Shown in pieces: positions 6,666 to 15,797 of a stretch of DNA of 40,834 nucleotides. Under the pieces are notes generated by a model. That model made no database searches. It saw only the letters and a list, made by a program, of their open reading frames with translations, and was not told the DNA's origin. Made by a program: the position numbers and the translations under genes. Every line of letters begins with the position of its first letter. Positions within the stretch are counted from its first letter, which is position 1. This stretch comes from Patescibacteria group bacterium (GTDB lineage: Bacteria; Patescibacteriota; Minisyncoccia; Phycocordibacterales; JACOZG01), in contig JBBTTW010000001.1 of NCBI GenBank assembly GCA_038064055.1, positions 1 to 40,834 of the forward strand, in the 5' to 3' direction.

Positions 6666-7113
6666 AACTAATTTGTCGGATGACTTCGTCGATAAATTTG
6701 AAATTAATTGAAATGAGATTAGGGGGCAAAACTTCCGCCACGCGCTCCGGCCACTCAATCAGAATTAAATTATTTTGATCTTCAACGAGTTCCGACCAAT
6801 TTAATTTTGCCAACTCTTCGGCTTTCTCTAATCGATAAGCATCGATGTGGATTAAGTATTTCCAATCACCTCCCGGTTTGGTAATTTCATATTTCTTCAT
6901 AATCACGAAGGTCGGGCTTGTCACCCGATCTTTGATTCCCAGGCTTTCCGCCGCCGCTTGAGTGAAGGTAGTTTTACCCGAACCCAAATCACCATGCAAA
7001 CCCACCACTGTGGCCCCTCGATTCGCCGCGGCGAACTCGGGGTTAACCAATTTAACCAAGAAATCTTTGGCTACGGCCTTTGTTTCCGCCAAACTTTTAC
7101 TCAAAACTTCCAT
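6658..7113 (-). CDS. tsaE: tRNA t6A37 biosynthesis ATPase TsaE
   Basis: It carries the P-loop GDLGSGKTTFTQ followed by SPTF...Y....HIDAYRL, and is 151 aa long. It overlaps the polA start by 8 nt. Confidence 0.8.
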   Translation of the reverse strand: MEVLSKSLAETKAVAKDFLVKLVNPEFAAANRGATVVGLHGDLGSGKTTFTQAAAESLGIKDRVTSPTFVIMKKYEITKPGGDWKYLIHIDAYRLEKAEELAKLNWSELVEDQNNLILIEWPERVAEVLPPNLISINFKFIDEVIRQISYE

Positions 7114-7198
7114 TGACTCATCTTAGCATATGGTGATAGTTATATAAGTAGACGGAAACGGAAACTTTGGCCCAAGAATAAAGCAAAGGAGGAACGCC

Positions 7199-7504
7199 AT
7201 GGGTCGCGTTGGGGCGCCGGTTCGGATGCCGATGAGCATGGAGGAATTTCGAAGAATCTTAGGTGGCTTACTCACTAAGGGTTGGGTGGCGGGGATCGAA
7301 GATGGTCGCATCCGCCTTTGGCCAAACAAGGAGAAGCTTGGTTATAGTTACGACCCGGTGGCAGCAGTCTTGCTCATGTCGGGAGGGAGACGCTTGGGTT
7401 TGACCGATAAAGTAGCCCTGCGGGTTAAGCTCGCGGCGGCCAGACCAGATAAACACAAACGCACGCGGATTGGGCTCCTGCGCACCCTCGGTTTGCTCCA
7501 CTAA
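7199..7504 (+). CDS. Hypothetical protein (101 aa)
   Basis: A strong RBS (AAAGGAGGA) lies 5 nt upstream of the ATG, and a terminator follows the ORF. No family was recognised. Confidence 0.55.
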   Translation: MGRVGAPVRMPMSMEEFRRILGGLLTKGWVAGIEDGRIRLWPNKEKLGYSYDPVAAVLLMSGGRRLGLTDKVALRVKLAAARPDKHKRTRIGLLRTLGLLH

Positions 7505-7524
7505 AAGTCCGATTTTGTCCGACA

Positions 7525-7558
7525 CCTCGAGTTATCACCAACTCGGGGTTTTATTTTG
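7525..7558 (+). terminator. Intrinsic terminator
   Basis: A 9-bp stem (7525-7533 / 7540-7548) with a 6-nt loop, followed by TTTTATTTT. Confidence 0.65.
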
Positions 7559-7585
7559 TCTAAAGTGTGCTAGGAATAGGAGGAG

Positions 7586-9277
7586 ATGACACTCGATTTC
7601 AAAGAAGACAATCAGCTTAAACGTCTAGACGAGCTCCACGCTAAGGAAGCGGAAGACCTGACTCAAATTTTAGCGACCAAACACAATCTCCCCTACATTG
7701 ATCTCTCAAAATTACCGATCAATACCGATGCCTTGCGCCTAATCCCCGAAGTAGAAGCGCGGCAAGCTAAAATTGCCGCCTTCAAAATCAGCGGCAAGAA
7801 GTTATTCGTCATCATTCTCTCCCCCGACAACCCGGAAACGAGATCCATTCTCCAAGAATTGGCTGGCAAGGGCTTCGCCGTTGAGGCTTACCTCGGTTCA
7901 AACGCGAGCCTCGGGCGAGCGCTGGAGCGCTACCAAGAAATTTCCGAGTCGAGCCAGACGGAAGCGGGCGTAATTGATATTGCAAACGACGAGATTAATC
8001 GCTTCGTGGAAGAAATTAAGGGTTTGGCCGGTATCCGCGCCCGCCTAGTGGAGGAGACGGCCCGTGCCGCGCATGGCGGTAGTGTCACGAGTTTATTGGA
8101 AATTATTTTAGCCGGCGCTTTGATTGTGAAGGCCTCCGACATCCATCTTGAGCCGGAAGAAAATCAACTCCGCCTGCGCTACCGACTTGATGGCGTACTA
8201 AATGACTTCGCTTTCTTCGAAGGTAAGATCTACCGCTCGCTTTTGTCGCGAGTTAAGTTAATTTCCGGTTTGAAGTTGAATGTGAAGACAACGGCCCAAG
8301 ACGGACGCTTCTCAATTAAGCTGGGGGCGAGTGAGATCGAAGTGCGCACCGCCATTCTTCCAGGCGCTTACGGTGAGTCAATCGTGCTTCGCTTACTTAA
8401 TCCGGAATCATTAATGGTTGAGTTCTCCTCCCTCGGCATGGAGCCACTTCTTTTTGAAACACTGCAAAAGCAAATTACTAAACCTAATGGACTCATTCTC
8501 TTAACCGGACCAACCGGTTCGGGTAAAACGACTACCCTCTACTCCATTCTCCGGACCTTAAATTCTTCGGAAACGAAAATTATTACCATTGAGGATCCGA
8601 TCGAGTACCACTTAGAAGGAGTGAACCAAACCCAAGTTAATCGGGGTAAGGATTACACCTTCTTAATTGGTTTGCGCTCGGCTCTGCGGCAAGATCCCGA
8701 CATCATCATGGTGGGAGAAATTCGAGATGGCGAGACGGCGAAGGTGGCGATTAATGCCTCCCTCACCGGTCACCTTGTGCTCTCCACCCTCCATACTAAT
8801 AACGCCGCTGGCACCATCCCTCGCTTGATTGATCTCGGAGTGAATCCGAAGATCATCGAAGCGGCATTAAACATCGCCATCGCCCAACGCCTCGTGCGGC
8901 AACTCTGCCCCGATTGCCGCGAGGCTTACGCCCCGTCGGACAAAGAGCAGAAGCTCATCGCCACCATTACCCCATCGATTGAGAAGAAGCGCGGCGCGAA
9001 AATTGAGCTACCGGCCTCGCTTTACCGCCCGAAGGGCTGTGGTAAGTGCCATGAGACGGGCTTCCGCGGCCGGACCGGCATCTTCGAGGCGGTAGTGATG
9101 ACGAGTGCCATCGCCACCCTCTTGGTGGGGAATGCGAGCGAGCGGGAAATTAAGCGTTTGGCGGACGAATCGAAGCTCCTCGATCTCCGTGAGGACGGAT
9201 TACTTAAGGTGCTTAGCGGCACCACCGCCCTCGCCGAGCTCGAGCGGGTGGTTGATTTGTACGCCGAAATTCTTTGA
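7586..9277 (+). CDS. pilB: Type IV pilus / type II secretion assembly ATPase, GspE/PilB family
   Basis: It has Walker A GPTGSGKTTT, Walker B IIMVGEIRD, a His box GHLVLSTLHTN and the tetracysteine motif CPDC...CGKC. The N-terminus looks like a GspE N-domain. Confidence 0.9.
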   Translation: MTLDFKEDNQLKRLDELHAKEAEDLTQILATKHNLPYIDLSKLPINTDALRLIPEVEARQAKIAAFKISGKKLFVIILSPDNPETRSILQELAGKGFAVEAYLGSNASLGRALERYQEISESSQTEAGVIDIANDEINRFVEEIKGLAGIRARLVEETARAAHGGSVTSLLEIILAGALIVKASDIHLEPEENQLRLRYRLDGVLNDFAFFEGKIYRSLLSRVKLISGLKLNVKTTAQDGRFSIKLGASEIEVRTAILPGAYGESIVLRLLNPESLMVEFSSLGMEPLLFETLQKQITKPNGLILLTGPTGSGKTTTLYSILRTLNSSETKIITIEDPIEYHLEGVNQTQVNRGKDYTFLIGLRSALRQDPDIIMVGEIRDGETAKVAINASLTGHLVLSTLHTNNAAGTIPRLIDLGVNPKIIEAALNIAIAQRLVRQLCPDCREAYAPSDKEQKLIATITPSIEKKRGAKIELPASLYRPKGCGKCHETGFRGRTGIFEAVVMTSAIATLLVGNASEREIKRLADESKLLDLREDGLLKVLSGTTALAELERVVDLYAEIL

Positions 9278-9285
9278 CAATACGA

Positions 9286-9455
9286 GTTGAGACCATAAAC
9301 CTCTAAGCAATCCTTTGGGCCCGGAGGCTCAAAGTGAGGCGTCGGTCTAAGGATGGCTCCAGTGTTTTCCACCGAAGCGGAAAAACCAGCACGTCCTTTA
9401 ACCAGCACCCGTTTAAACCCGGAAGTTTAGTTGCTTAGAGGTTTATGGCCTCAAC
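9286..9455 (-). ncRNA. Candidate structured small RNA (~170 nt, rod-like; family not assigned, 6S-like only as a guess)
   Basis: A 25-bp closing helix forms between 9286-9310 and 9431-9455. Its single non-Watson-Crick pair is G.U on the minus strand but A/C on the plus strand. The apical hairpin UUUUCCGC[UUCG]GUGGAAAA also favours the minus strand. A minus-strand promoter TTGACT-17-TAGGAT ends about 5 nt before the helix. Confidence 0.4.
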
Positions 9456-9472
9456 CACGATCCTAGCATAAA

Positions 9473-10504
9473 ATGGAAAAGAAGTCAAGTATCAAAAAAG
9501 AACCAGCAGCTGAACCAATTAATGATTGGTCTCTTGATCAATCGCTCCGACCCTCGATTTGGGAGGAGTATATTGGCCAAGAAAGCATTAAACAGAACCT
9601 GAAGATATTACTCCAAGCGGCGACAGAACGCCAGCACCCCCCCGAGCACCTCCTCTTCTACGGCCCGCCGGGGCTCGGCAAGACGACACTCGCCTATTTG
9701 ATCGCTAAAGAAATGGCGGCGCAGATTAAAGTGACGTCGGGGCCGGCGATTGAGAAGGTGGGCGACCTCGCCTCCATCCTCACCAACCTCGCCCCGGGCG
9801 ACATCCTCTTCATCGATGAGATCCACCGCCTAAACAAGCTGATCGAGGAGGTGCTCTACCCTGCTATGGAGTCGGGTAAGCTCAACATTATTATTGGCAA
9901 AGGGCCGGGGGCGCGAGTGATCCAACTCGACCTCCCCCCCTTCACCCTCATTGCCGCCACTACTCGCATCGCCTTGCTTTCGGCGCCGCTTCGCTCACGC
10001 TTCTCCGGTGGCACCTTCCGCCTCGACTTCTACACCGAAGATGAGCTGAAAAAAATTATTAATCGCTCGGCGAAGATTCTCGGCGTTAAGATTGACGCCG
10101 CCGCGGCCGCGGCGATTGCCGAGCGCAGCCGCTTCACCCCGCGGCTGGCGAACCAATTTCTTAAGCGCGCCCGCGACTTGGCCCAAATTAAAAAACAACC
10201 GATTAATGAAAATATCGTTAATGAGACCCTAACCATGATGGGGGTGGACGAGCTCGGCCTCTCTGGCGCTGATCGAAAATTACTCGCCGTTTTAATTGAG
10301 AAGTTTGGGGGTGGACCGGTCGGGCTTGGCACTCTCGCCACCGCCACCGCCGAAGAAGAAGCGACAATTGCTGAAGTGCATGAACCCTACCTGATCCAAC
10401 TTGGCTTCCTCGATCGCACCCCCCGCGGTCGCACCGCCACCCGCAAAGCTTACGATCATCTCGGCCACTCGGAACCAACAAACAAACAAGAGAAATTAAT
10501 TTAA
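9473..10504 (+). CDS. ruvB: Holliday junction branch migration helicase RuvB
   Basis: It contains LLFYGPPGLGKTTLA, FIDEIHRL, a sensor region and the C-terminal RTPRGR motif. Confidence 0.92.
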   Translation: MEKKSSIKKEPAAEPINDWSLDQSLRPSIWEEYIGQESIKQNLKILLQAATERQHPPEHLLFYGPPGLGKTTLAYLIAKEMAAQIKVTSGPAIEKVGDLASILTNLAPGDILFIDEIHRLNKLIEEVLYPAMESGKLNIIIGKGPGARVIQLDLPPFTLIAATTRIALLSAPLRSRFSGGTFRLDFYTEDELKKIINRSAKILGVKIDAAAAAAIAERSRFTPRLANQFLKRARDLAQIKKQPINENIVNETLTMMGVDELGLSGADRKLLAVLIEKFGGGPVGLGTLATATAEEEATIAEVHEPYLIQLGFLDRTPRGRTATRKAYDHLGHSEPTNKQEKLI

Positions 10505-10505
10505 T

Positions 10506-11042
10506 ATGGCTGGACATAATAAATGGACCCAAATTAAACGGCAGAAGGCGGTGGTGGATGCGAAGAAGAGTAAGCTCTTCTCAGTTTTGGTGAAGCAGAT
10601 CCAACTTGAGGCACGTAAGGCGAACGGCGACGAGACTGCTTCGGGGTTGAAAACGGTTATCGAACGCGCCCGAGTCGCCAACATGCCAAATGAGAATATT
10701 GAACGAGCGATTAAGTCGGCGGTGGGAGCGGAAGCGAAAGAACTAGAAACGATTCTCTACGAAGCTTATGGTCCGGGTGGAGTGGCCCTGATTATCGAAG
10801 CGATTACTAATAGTCGCAATCGCACCACTCAAGAAGTTAAGCACTTACTCGCCGAGCACGGCGGTAGTCTGGCGCTCGCCGGTGCCGCGACTTGGGCCTT
10901 TGAGAAAAGTGCCGCCGGTTGGCAAGCGAAGACGCTGGTACCGCCACCTGCGGGTGAGGTTGCCGACCAATTAACTAATCTCTTGGCCGAACTCAATCAG
11001 CATGATGATGTGGAGCGCGTGAGTGTGAATACGGCTTTATGA
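10506..11042 (+). CDS. YebC/PmpR-family DNA-binding regulator (short, 178 aa)
   Basis: The N-terminus MAGHNKWTQIKRQKA...K...K is diagnostic of the YebC/TACO1 family. It lies between ruvB and ruvC, as in many bacteria. Confidence 0.8.
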   Translation: MAGHNKWTQIKRQKAVVDAKKSKLFSVLVKQIQLEARKANGDETASGLKTVIERARVANMPNENIERAIKSAVGAEAKELETILYEAYGPGGVALIIEAITNSRNRTTQEVKHLLAEHGGSLALAGAATWAFEKSAAGWQAKTLVPPPAGEVADQLTNLLAELNQHDDVERVSVNTAL

Positions 11043-11572
11043 AAATCTTGGGTATCGACCCAGGTTATGATCGCTTAGGGGTGGCGGTGATCGAGAGTGT
11101 GGCGGGAAAGAAAGACACTCTCCTCTTCTCAACTTGCCTCACGACAGATAAAGATGACGAATTCTCTGAGCGGCTCTGGCAACTCGCCCAAGCGGTGGGG
11201 AAGATTATTAAAAAATATTCGCCCGACATTCTGGCTCTGGAGAAAATTTTCTTCGCCACTAACCAGAAGACGGCGATTAAAGTGGCGGAAGTGCGCGGCG
11301 TGATTAGTTATTTGGCGCGGCAATTTAATCTCACGCTTATTAATCTCGCGCCACTTGAGGTTAAGCTCGCCATCACTGGTTACGGTCAAGCCAGTAAAGA
11401 CCAAGTGAAGCGAATGGTGGGGTTGATGATTAAGGAAACCGGATCAATTAAGTCGGATGATGAGATCGATGCGGTAGCGATGGCTCTTGCCGGCGCGTCC
11501 CGCGCCGTGGCAATTTATCCACAAAAAAGCGCTCCCTTATTTGCAAAAAAATCTCGGTATGGTAGAAAATAG
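11039..11572 (+). CDS. ruvC: Crossover junction endodeoxyribonuclease RuvC
   Basis: The N-terminus reads MKILGIDPGYDRLGVAVIE and an acidic residue block is present (LALEKIFF...DEIDA.AMAL). It overlaps yebC by 4 nt. Confidence 0.85.
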   Translation: MKILGIDPGYDRLGVAVIESVAGKKDTLLFSTCLTTDKDDEFSERLWQLAQAVGKIIKKYSPDILALEKIFFATNQKTAIKVAEVRGVISYLARQFNLTLINLAPLEVKLAITGYGQASKDQVKRMVGLMIKETGSIKSDDEIDAVAMALAGASRAVAIYPQKSAPLFAKKSRYGRK

Positions 11573-11624
11573 TGGTTTAGTAAAATTAAATAAAAGGTCG
11601 GCCTTAAACAAGCCTAAAATAATC

Positions 11625-11780
11625 ATGGATTTCGAAAACGAACTCGACGACGTTATTGGTGGTGATGAGGGGTTACTGGATGATAGTGATGAGATCCTTC
11701 CCGGCGGCGCCGCTGCCGATAAAGATGGTCTCGGTGATGAAGATGAGGAAGAAGAAGAGGAGGTAGGGGGTGACGAGTAG
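11625..11780 (+). CDS. Possible small highly acidic protein (51 aa)
   Basis: The ORF reads MDFENELDDVIGGDEGLLDDSDE...DEDEEEEEEVGGDE from the ATG at 11625 and is followed by a terminator. There is no clear RBS and the sequence is low-complexity. Confidence 0.25.
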   Translation: MDFENELDDVIGGDEGLLDDSDEILPGGAAADKDGLGDEDEEEEEEVGGDE

Positions 11781-11801
11781 CTAAGAGACCATCACTTGAT
11801 T

Positions 11802-11840
11802 AACAAACTAGTCCGCCGCGGCGGACTAGTTTGTTTTTAT
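11802..11840. terminator. Bidirectional terminator between convergent genes
   Basis: A near-perfect palindrome, aacaaactagtccgcc/ggcggactagtttgtt (11802-11835), is followed by TTTTT on the plus strand. It overlaps the tyrS stop codon. Confidence 0.65.
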
Positions 11841-13025
11841 CTTCACGAAGCGGCGTTTGCCAATTTTTAAAACTACACCAGGGGTTGGCTGATAATGGGG
11901 ATCTTCAATCTTCTCATTCTCCCCCGTACGGATCGCCCCCTCGTCGATCAAGCGGCGCCACTCACCACGCGAAGCGATTACCTCCTTCTCAATTAAAGCG
12001 CCCACTAAGTCGCCATCCGCGCCAAGCGAGATCTCGAGCAGGTCTTCGGGGGTGGCGCCATCGCGGAAGGTTTTATCGAAGGTTGCTTCCGCCGCCTCGG
12101 CCGCCTCGGCGCCGTAGAAGCGCCCGACAATATCACGCGCCACTTTCGCCTTAGCTTGGCGGGGACCGAGACCCAAGAGTTCGCTTTTGGTTTCAAGCAA
12201 CAAGCGCGTGCAATTTATAAACAGTGGTTCAATCATCTCGTCCGGTTCGGCCATAATCGCGCCAAACATTTCGTTCGCCGGCGAGGAGAGGAAGACGCCC
12301 GTCCCCCGACTCTTCGACATGAGCGCTCCCGTCTTCGGGTTCGCCATGAGGTTTGTGACGATCACAAATTTATCTTTCCCTTTTAATCGTTTTAACAGCG
12401 TCCGGCCGGCGAGGGCGTTGAAGGTTTGGTCGGTGCCGCAAAGCTCGGCATCCACTTCCAGTGCCACTGAATCATAGCCCTGCATCAAGGGGTAGAGGAA
12501 TTCGTGGAGATAGATTGGCTGATTCTCCCGCCAACGCTTGTCGAACATGTCGCGCTCGATCATTTGCTGGACGGTGAAGTTGCTAGCCAGTCCAAGAATC
12601 TCCCCGAAGGTGAGTCGCCCCAACCACTCACCGTTGTAGACCACGCGCGGCGGATTCTCTTGATCGTTGAAATTAAGTAACGGTTTGATCTGCTGCAACC
12701 AGCTCGCCACATTAGTTTTAATTTCTTCGGTCGAGAGTTGCGGTCGGGCTTCATTGCGACCACTGGGGTCGCCAATTCTCGCGGTGAAGTCGCCAAACAA
12801 GATAATCACTTCGTGCCCGAGCTGTCGCAACTCCTCAAGCACCATATAATTCTTAGCGTGGCTTAAGTGAAGGGCGGTGGAAGTAGGATCCGCTCCAATA
12901 TAAATTTTTAACCGTTCACCACTTGAGAGTTTAGCCAAAAATTCGGCTCGCGAAGGTAAGATCTCGGTGATGACGCCGCGGTTTAAGAGAGCCTCGATAG
13001 TTTGACGATCGGTGTTGGTTTTCAT
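11826..13025 (-). CDS. tyrS: Tyrosine--tRNA ligase
   Basis: It has a class I HIGH-type block (GADPTSTALHLSHA), a KMSKS-type loop (LMSKSRGTG) and a C-terminal S4-like domain. It is 399 aa long. Confidence 0.85.
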   Translation of the reverse strand: MKTNTDRQTIEALLNRGVITEILPSRAEFLAKLSSGERLKIYIGADPTSTALHLSHAKNYMVLEELRQLGHEVIILFGDFTARIGDPSGRNEARPQLSTEEIKTNVASWLQQIKPLLNFNDQENPPRVVYNGEWLGRLTFGEILGLASNFTVQQMIERDMFDKRWRENQPIYLHEFLYPLMQGYDSVALEVDAELCGTDQTFNALAGRTLLKRLKGKDKFVIVTNLMANPKTGALMSKSRGTGVFLSSPANEMFGAIMAEPDEMIEPLFINCTRLLLETKSELLGLGPRQAKAKVARDIVGRFYGAEAAEAAEATFDKTFRDGATPEDLLEISLGADGDLVGALIEKEVIASRGEWRRLIDEGAIRTGENEKIEDPHYQPTPGVVLKIGKRRFVKIKTN

Positions 13026-13090
13026 CTCTTTTAGATAATCAAATTTAACATGTCTTACGAAGAATAACCAGAAATGCTAGGATAGAATCG

Positions 13091-15532
13091 ATGCGTTTCA
13101 TCAAGCGGCAATACTTACTCCCCGCCCTAACGGCGATCTTTGTCATCGCCGGGGTGACTTTGTTTTGGGCGATTAATCTGGAGTTACCGGATTTCCAATC
13201 ACTAAATGAGCGCTTAGTGACAGAATCGACTAAAATCTATGATCGGACAGGTAAAATTCTGCTCTATAACGTTGATGAGGGGGTGCGTCGGAGCCTCGTT
13301 CCACCGGATGAGATTTCTAAACAACTGAAGAACGCGACGGTGGCGATTGAGGATGATCAATTCTACGAGCATAATGGTTTCAAACTTAGCGCCATTCTAC
13401 GAGCCCTGTTCGTTAATCTCGGCTCCGGCACAGTCACGGGCAAGCAAGGTGGATCCACTATCACCCAGCAGTTAATTAAAAACACTCTTCTCACTCAAGA
13501 CCGTAAGATCACGAGAAAGATAAAGGAGATCTTCCTAGCTTTGAAATTGGAGAAAATAATGACGAAGGAGGAGATTCTTGGTTGGTACTTAAACGAAGTG
13601 CCTTACGGCGGCCATCTCTATGGCGCGGAAGAGGCGAGCCAAGCTTTCTTCAACCACTCAGCCCGAAGCCTAACGCTCGCCGAGGCGGCGTACTTGGCCG
13701 CCATTCCCAAAGCGCCGACTTACTATTCTCCTTACGGCGATCACCGCCAAGACTTGGACGCGCGGAAGGATTTGGTTCTTAAACGGATGCTCGAACTTGG
13801 CTTCATCAACCAAGCTGAGCACGATGAGGCTAAGGCCGCGAAGGTGGTCTTCCAAGCCTTCGCCCCGTCCGGCATTAAGGCGCCACACTTTGTAATGTGG
13901 GTGCTGGGGCAATTAGAAACGAAGTATGGTCGAGAATCAATTCGAACTAAGGGCTTTAAAGTCATTACCACTCTTGATTGGGAGATCCAGCAGTTGGCCG
14001 AGGGAGCGATTGATGCCTATGGTGATCTGAATGAGAAGAATTTTAATGCTCACAACTCCGGTATGGTGGTGATGGATCCGAAGACTGGTGGGGTGCTCGC
14101 GATGGTGGGTTCTCGAGATTATTTCAATCAAGAGCGAGAAGGTAATTTCAACATCACCCTCGCTCACCGCCAGCCAGGTTCGGCTTTTAAACCCTTCGTC
14201 TACGCCACCGCTTTCAACAAGGGTTTTACCCCCGAAACGATGCTCTTCGACGTCCCGACCCAATTCGATGTTCATTGCGAAGTTGATCCGACTCGTTGCT
14301 ATACACCGGTTAACTATGATGATCGTTACCGTGGCCCAATGTCGCTCCGTGAGGCCCTCGCTCAATCCATCAATATTCCCTCGGTTAAGGCTCTCTACTT
14401 AGCTGGAATTGGTGACTCGATTGAGACGGCGCGGCGAATGGGCATCCAAAGTTTGGGTAAAGCTAATGATTATGGTTTAACCCTGGTGCTGGGCGGCGGA
14501 GAGGTGTCACTTCTTGATTTAACCGGCGCCTACGGCGCCTTCGCTAATGATGGAATCAAAACCAAGACCCAGAATATCTTAGTAGTAGAATCGAGTGATG
14601 GTAAAAAACTGGAAGACAATCAACCCCAAGAACAACGAGTGTTGTCTGAAAATACCGCTCGGCTTATTTCCGATATTTTAAGCGATAACAAAGCGAGGAC
14701 TCCAACCTTCGGCGAGAATTCCCTTCTCTATTTTCCTGGCCGAGATGTAGCGGCGAAGACGGGTACGACTAATAATTACCGTGATACCTGGATTGTGGGC
14801 TACACACCAAACCTCGTCGCCGGGGCATGGGTGGGTAATAACGACAACAAACCAATGGAGCGGCGGGTCGCCGGTCTCATTGTCGCTCCGTTGTGGAATA
14901 AATTCTTCACTGCCGCCATAAAGAAGGTCCCCGCTGAGAAGTTTGTTCAACCTGAACCGACTTCGAGCGAACTGCCGCCGGTCCTAAGAGGTTTCTGGCA
15001 GGGTGGTCAAAGTTATATGATCGACAAAATTTCCGGCAAGCTCGCCACTGAATACACTCCGAAGGATCTCCAGGAAGAACGGGTGGTGAAGCAAGTTCAC
15101 TCCATCCTCTATTGGTTGAATCGAACCAATGATCAGCAATTCCCCTTGTGGGAAAAGTCGGTTTTGGAATGGGCGGCGTTAAATGGCCATCTAAACGAGT
15201 CAGAAACTATCATTCCTCAAGCGCTTGATGATGTTCATCGTCCCGAGTTTAACCCAATTGTCTCTCTAAAACCTTTTAGTTCCAGTTTTCGCTCAACGGA
15301 TCGGATTTTAATCGAAACCACCGCTCAAGCTTCGCGCTTTCCACTCTCGCATGCTGACTTTTTCTTTAATAATAATTTCTTGGGATCCAAGCGCGAAGCG
15401 CCATTCGTCTATAGTCTCTTGGTGGAGGATATTAAAGATCTAACCAGAGACGCTAATGAGCTCAAGGTGATTGTTTATGACAGTGTGGGTAATCAGGGTA
15501 CGGCTACCATCCCAATTTCCATCCTCGATTAA
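13091..15532 (+). CDS. Class A penicillin-binding protein (glycosyltransferase plus transpeptidase)
   Basis: An N-terminal TM segment is followed by the GT51 motifs EDDQFYEHNGF and GGSTITQQ. The transpeptidase motifs are SAFKP (SxxK), SIN (SxN) and KTGTT. Confidence 0.9.
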   Translation: MRFIKRQYLLPALTAIFVIAGVTLFWAINLELPDFQSLNERLVTESTKIYDRTGKILLYNVDEGVRRSLVPPDEISKQLKNATVAIEDDQFYEHNGFKLSAILRALFVNLGSGTVTGKQGGSTITQQLIKNTLLTQDRKITRKIKEIFLALKLEKIMTKEEILGWYLNEVPYGGHLYGAEEASQAFFNHSARSLTLAEAAYLAAIPKAPTYYSPYGDHRQDLDARKDLVLKRMLELGFINQAEHDEAKAAKVVFQAFAPSGIKAPHFVMWVLGQLETKYGRESIRTKGFKVITTLDWEIQQLAEGAIDAYGDLNEKNFNAHNSGMVVMDPKTGGVLAMVGSRDYFNQEREGNFNITLAHRQPGSAFKPFVYATAFNKGFTPETMLFDVPTQFDVHCEVDPTRCYTPVNYDDRYRGPMSLREALAQSINIPSVKALYLAGIGDSIETARRMGIQSLGKANDYGLTLVLGGGEVSLLDLTGAYGAFANDGIKTKTQNILVVESSDGKKLEDNQPQEQRVLSENTARLISDILSDNKARTPTFGENSLLYFPGRDVAAKTGTTNNYRDTWIVGYTPNLVAGAWVGNNDNKPMERRVAGLIVAPLWNKFFTAAIKKVPAEKFVQPEPTSSELPPVLRGFWQGGQSYMIDKISGKLATEYTPKDLQEERVVKQVHSILYWLNRTNDQQFPLWEKSVLEWAALNGHLNESETIIPQALDDVHRPEFNPIVSLKPFSSSFRSTDRILIETTAQASRFPLSHADFFFNNNFLGSKREAPFVYSLLVEDIKDLTRDANELKVIVYDSVGNQGTATIPISILD

Positions 15533-15789
15533 CCTAGGCGCTTGAAAAGTTTGGGTGCTAAGTTGGCATTTAAATTCTCTAAGACAATTTTTTGCTTCAA
15601 AATAATTTGGTTTCTCTTGAGGGGGCTGGTTTTTAATCGAACCATTCCGTCGCGATAAGTAAATTCACCTTTTTCTAATTTAATTCCGGAGTATTGAAAA
15701 ATTATTTCAATCACCGACTCATTGAAATCATCTTTCTTTTTAATTAACTCCCTAAGTCGGGCGAAACCTTGTTGGGCTGAGTGGAGCAT
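15529..15789 (-). CDS. DUF721/DciA-like small protein
   Basis: An 86-aa ORF directly downstream of dnaN. The pattern ...G.L.V...S......E.....ILE.LN is reminiscent of DUF721. The assignment is tentative. Confidence 0.45.
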   Translation of the reverse strand: MLHSAQQGFARLRELIKKKDDFNESVIEIIFQYSGIKLEKGEFTYRDGMVRLKTSPLKRNQIILKQKIVLENLNANLAPKLFKRLG

Positions 15790-15797
15790 CCTTTCGC

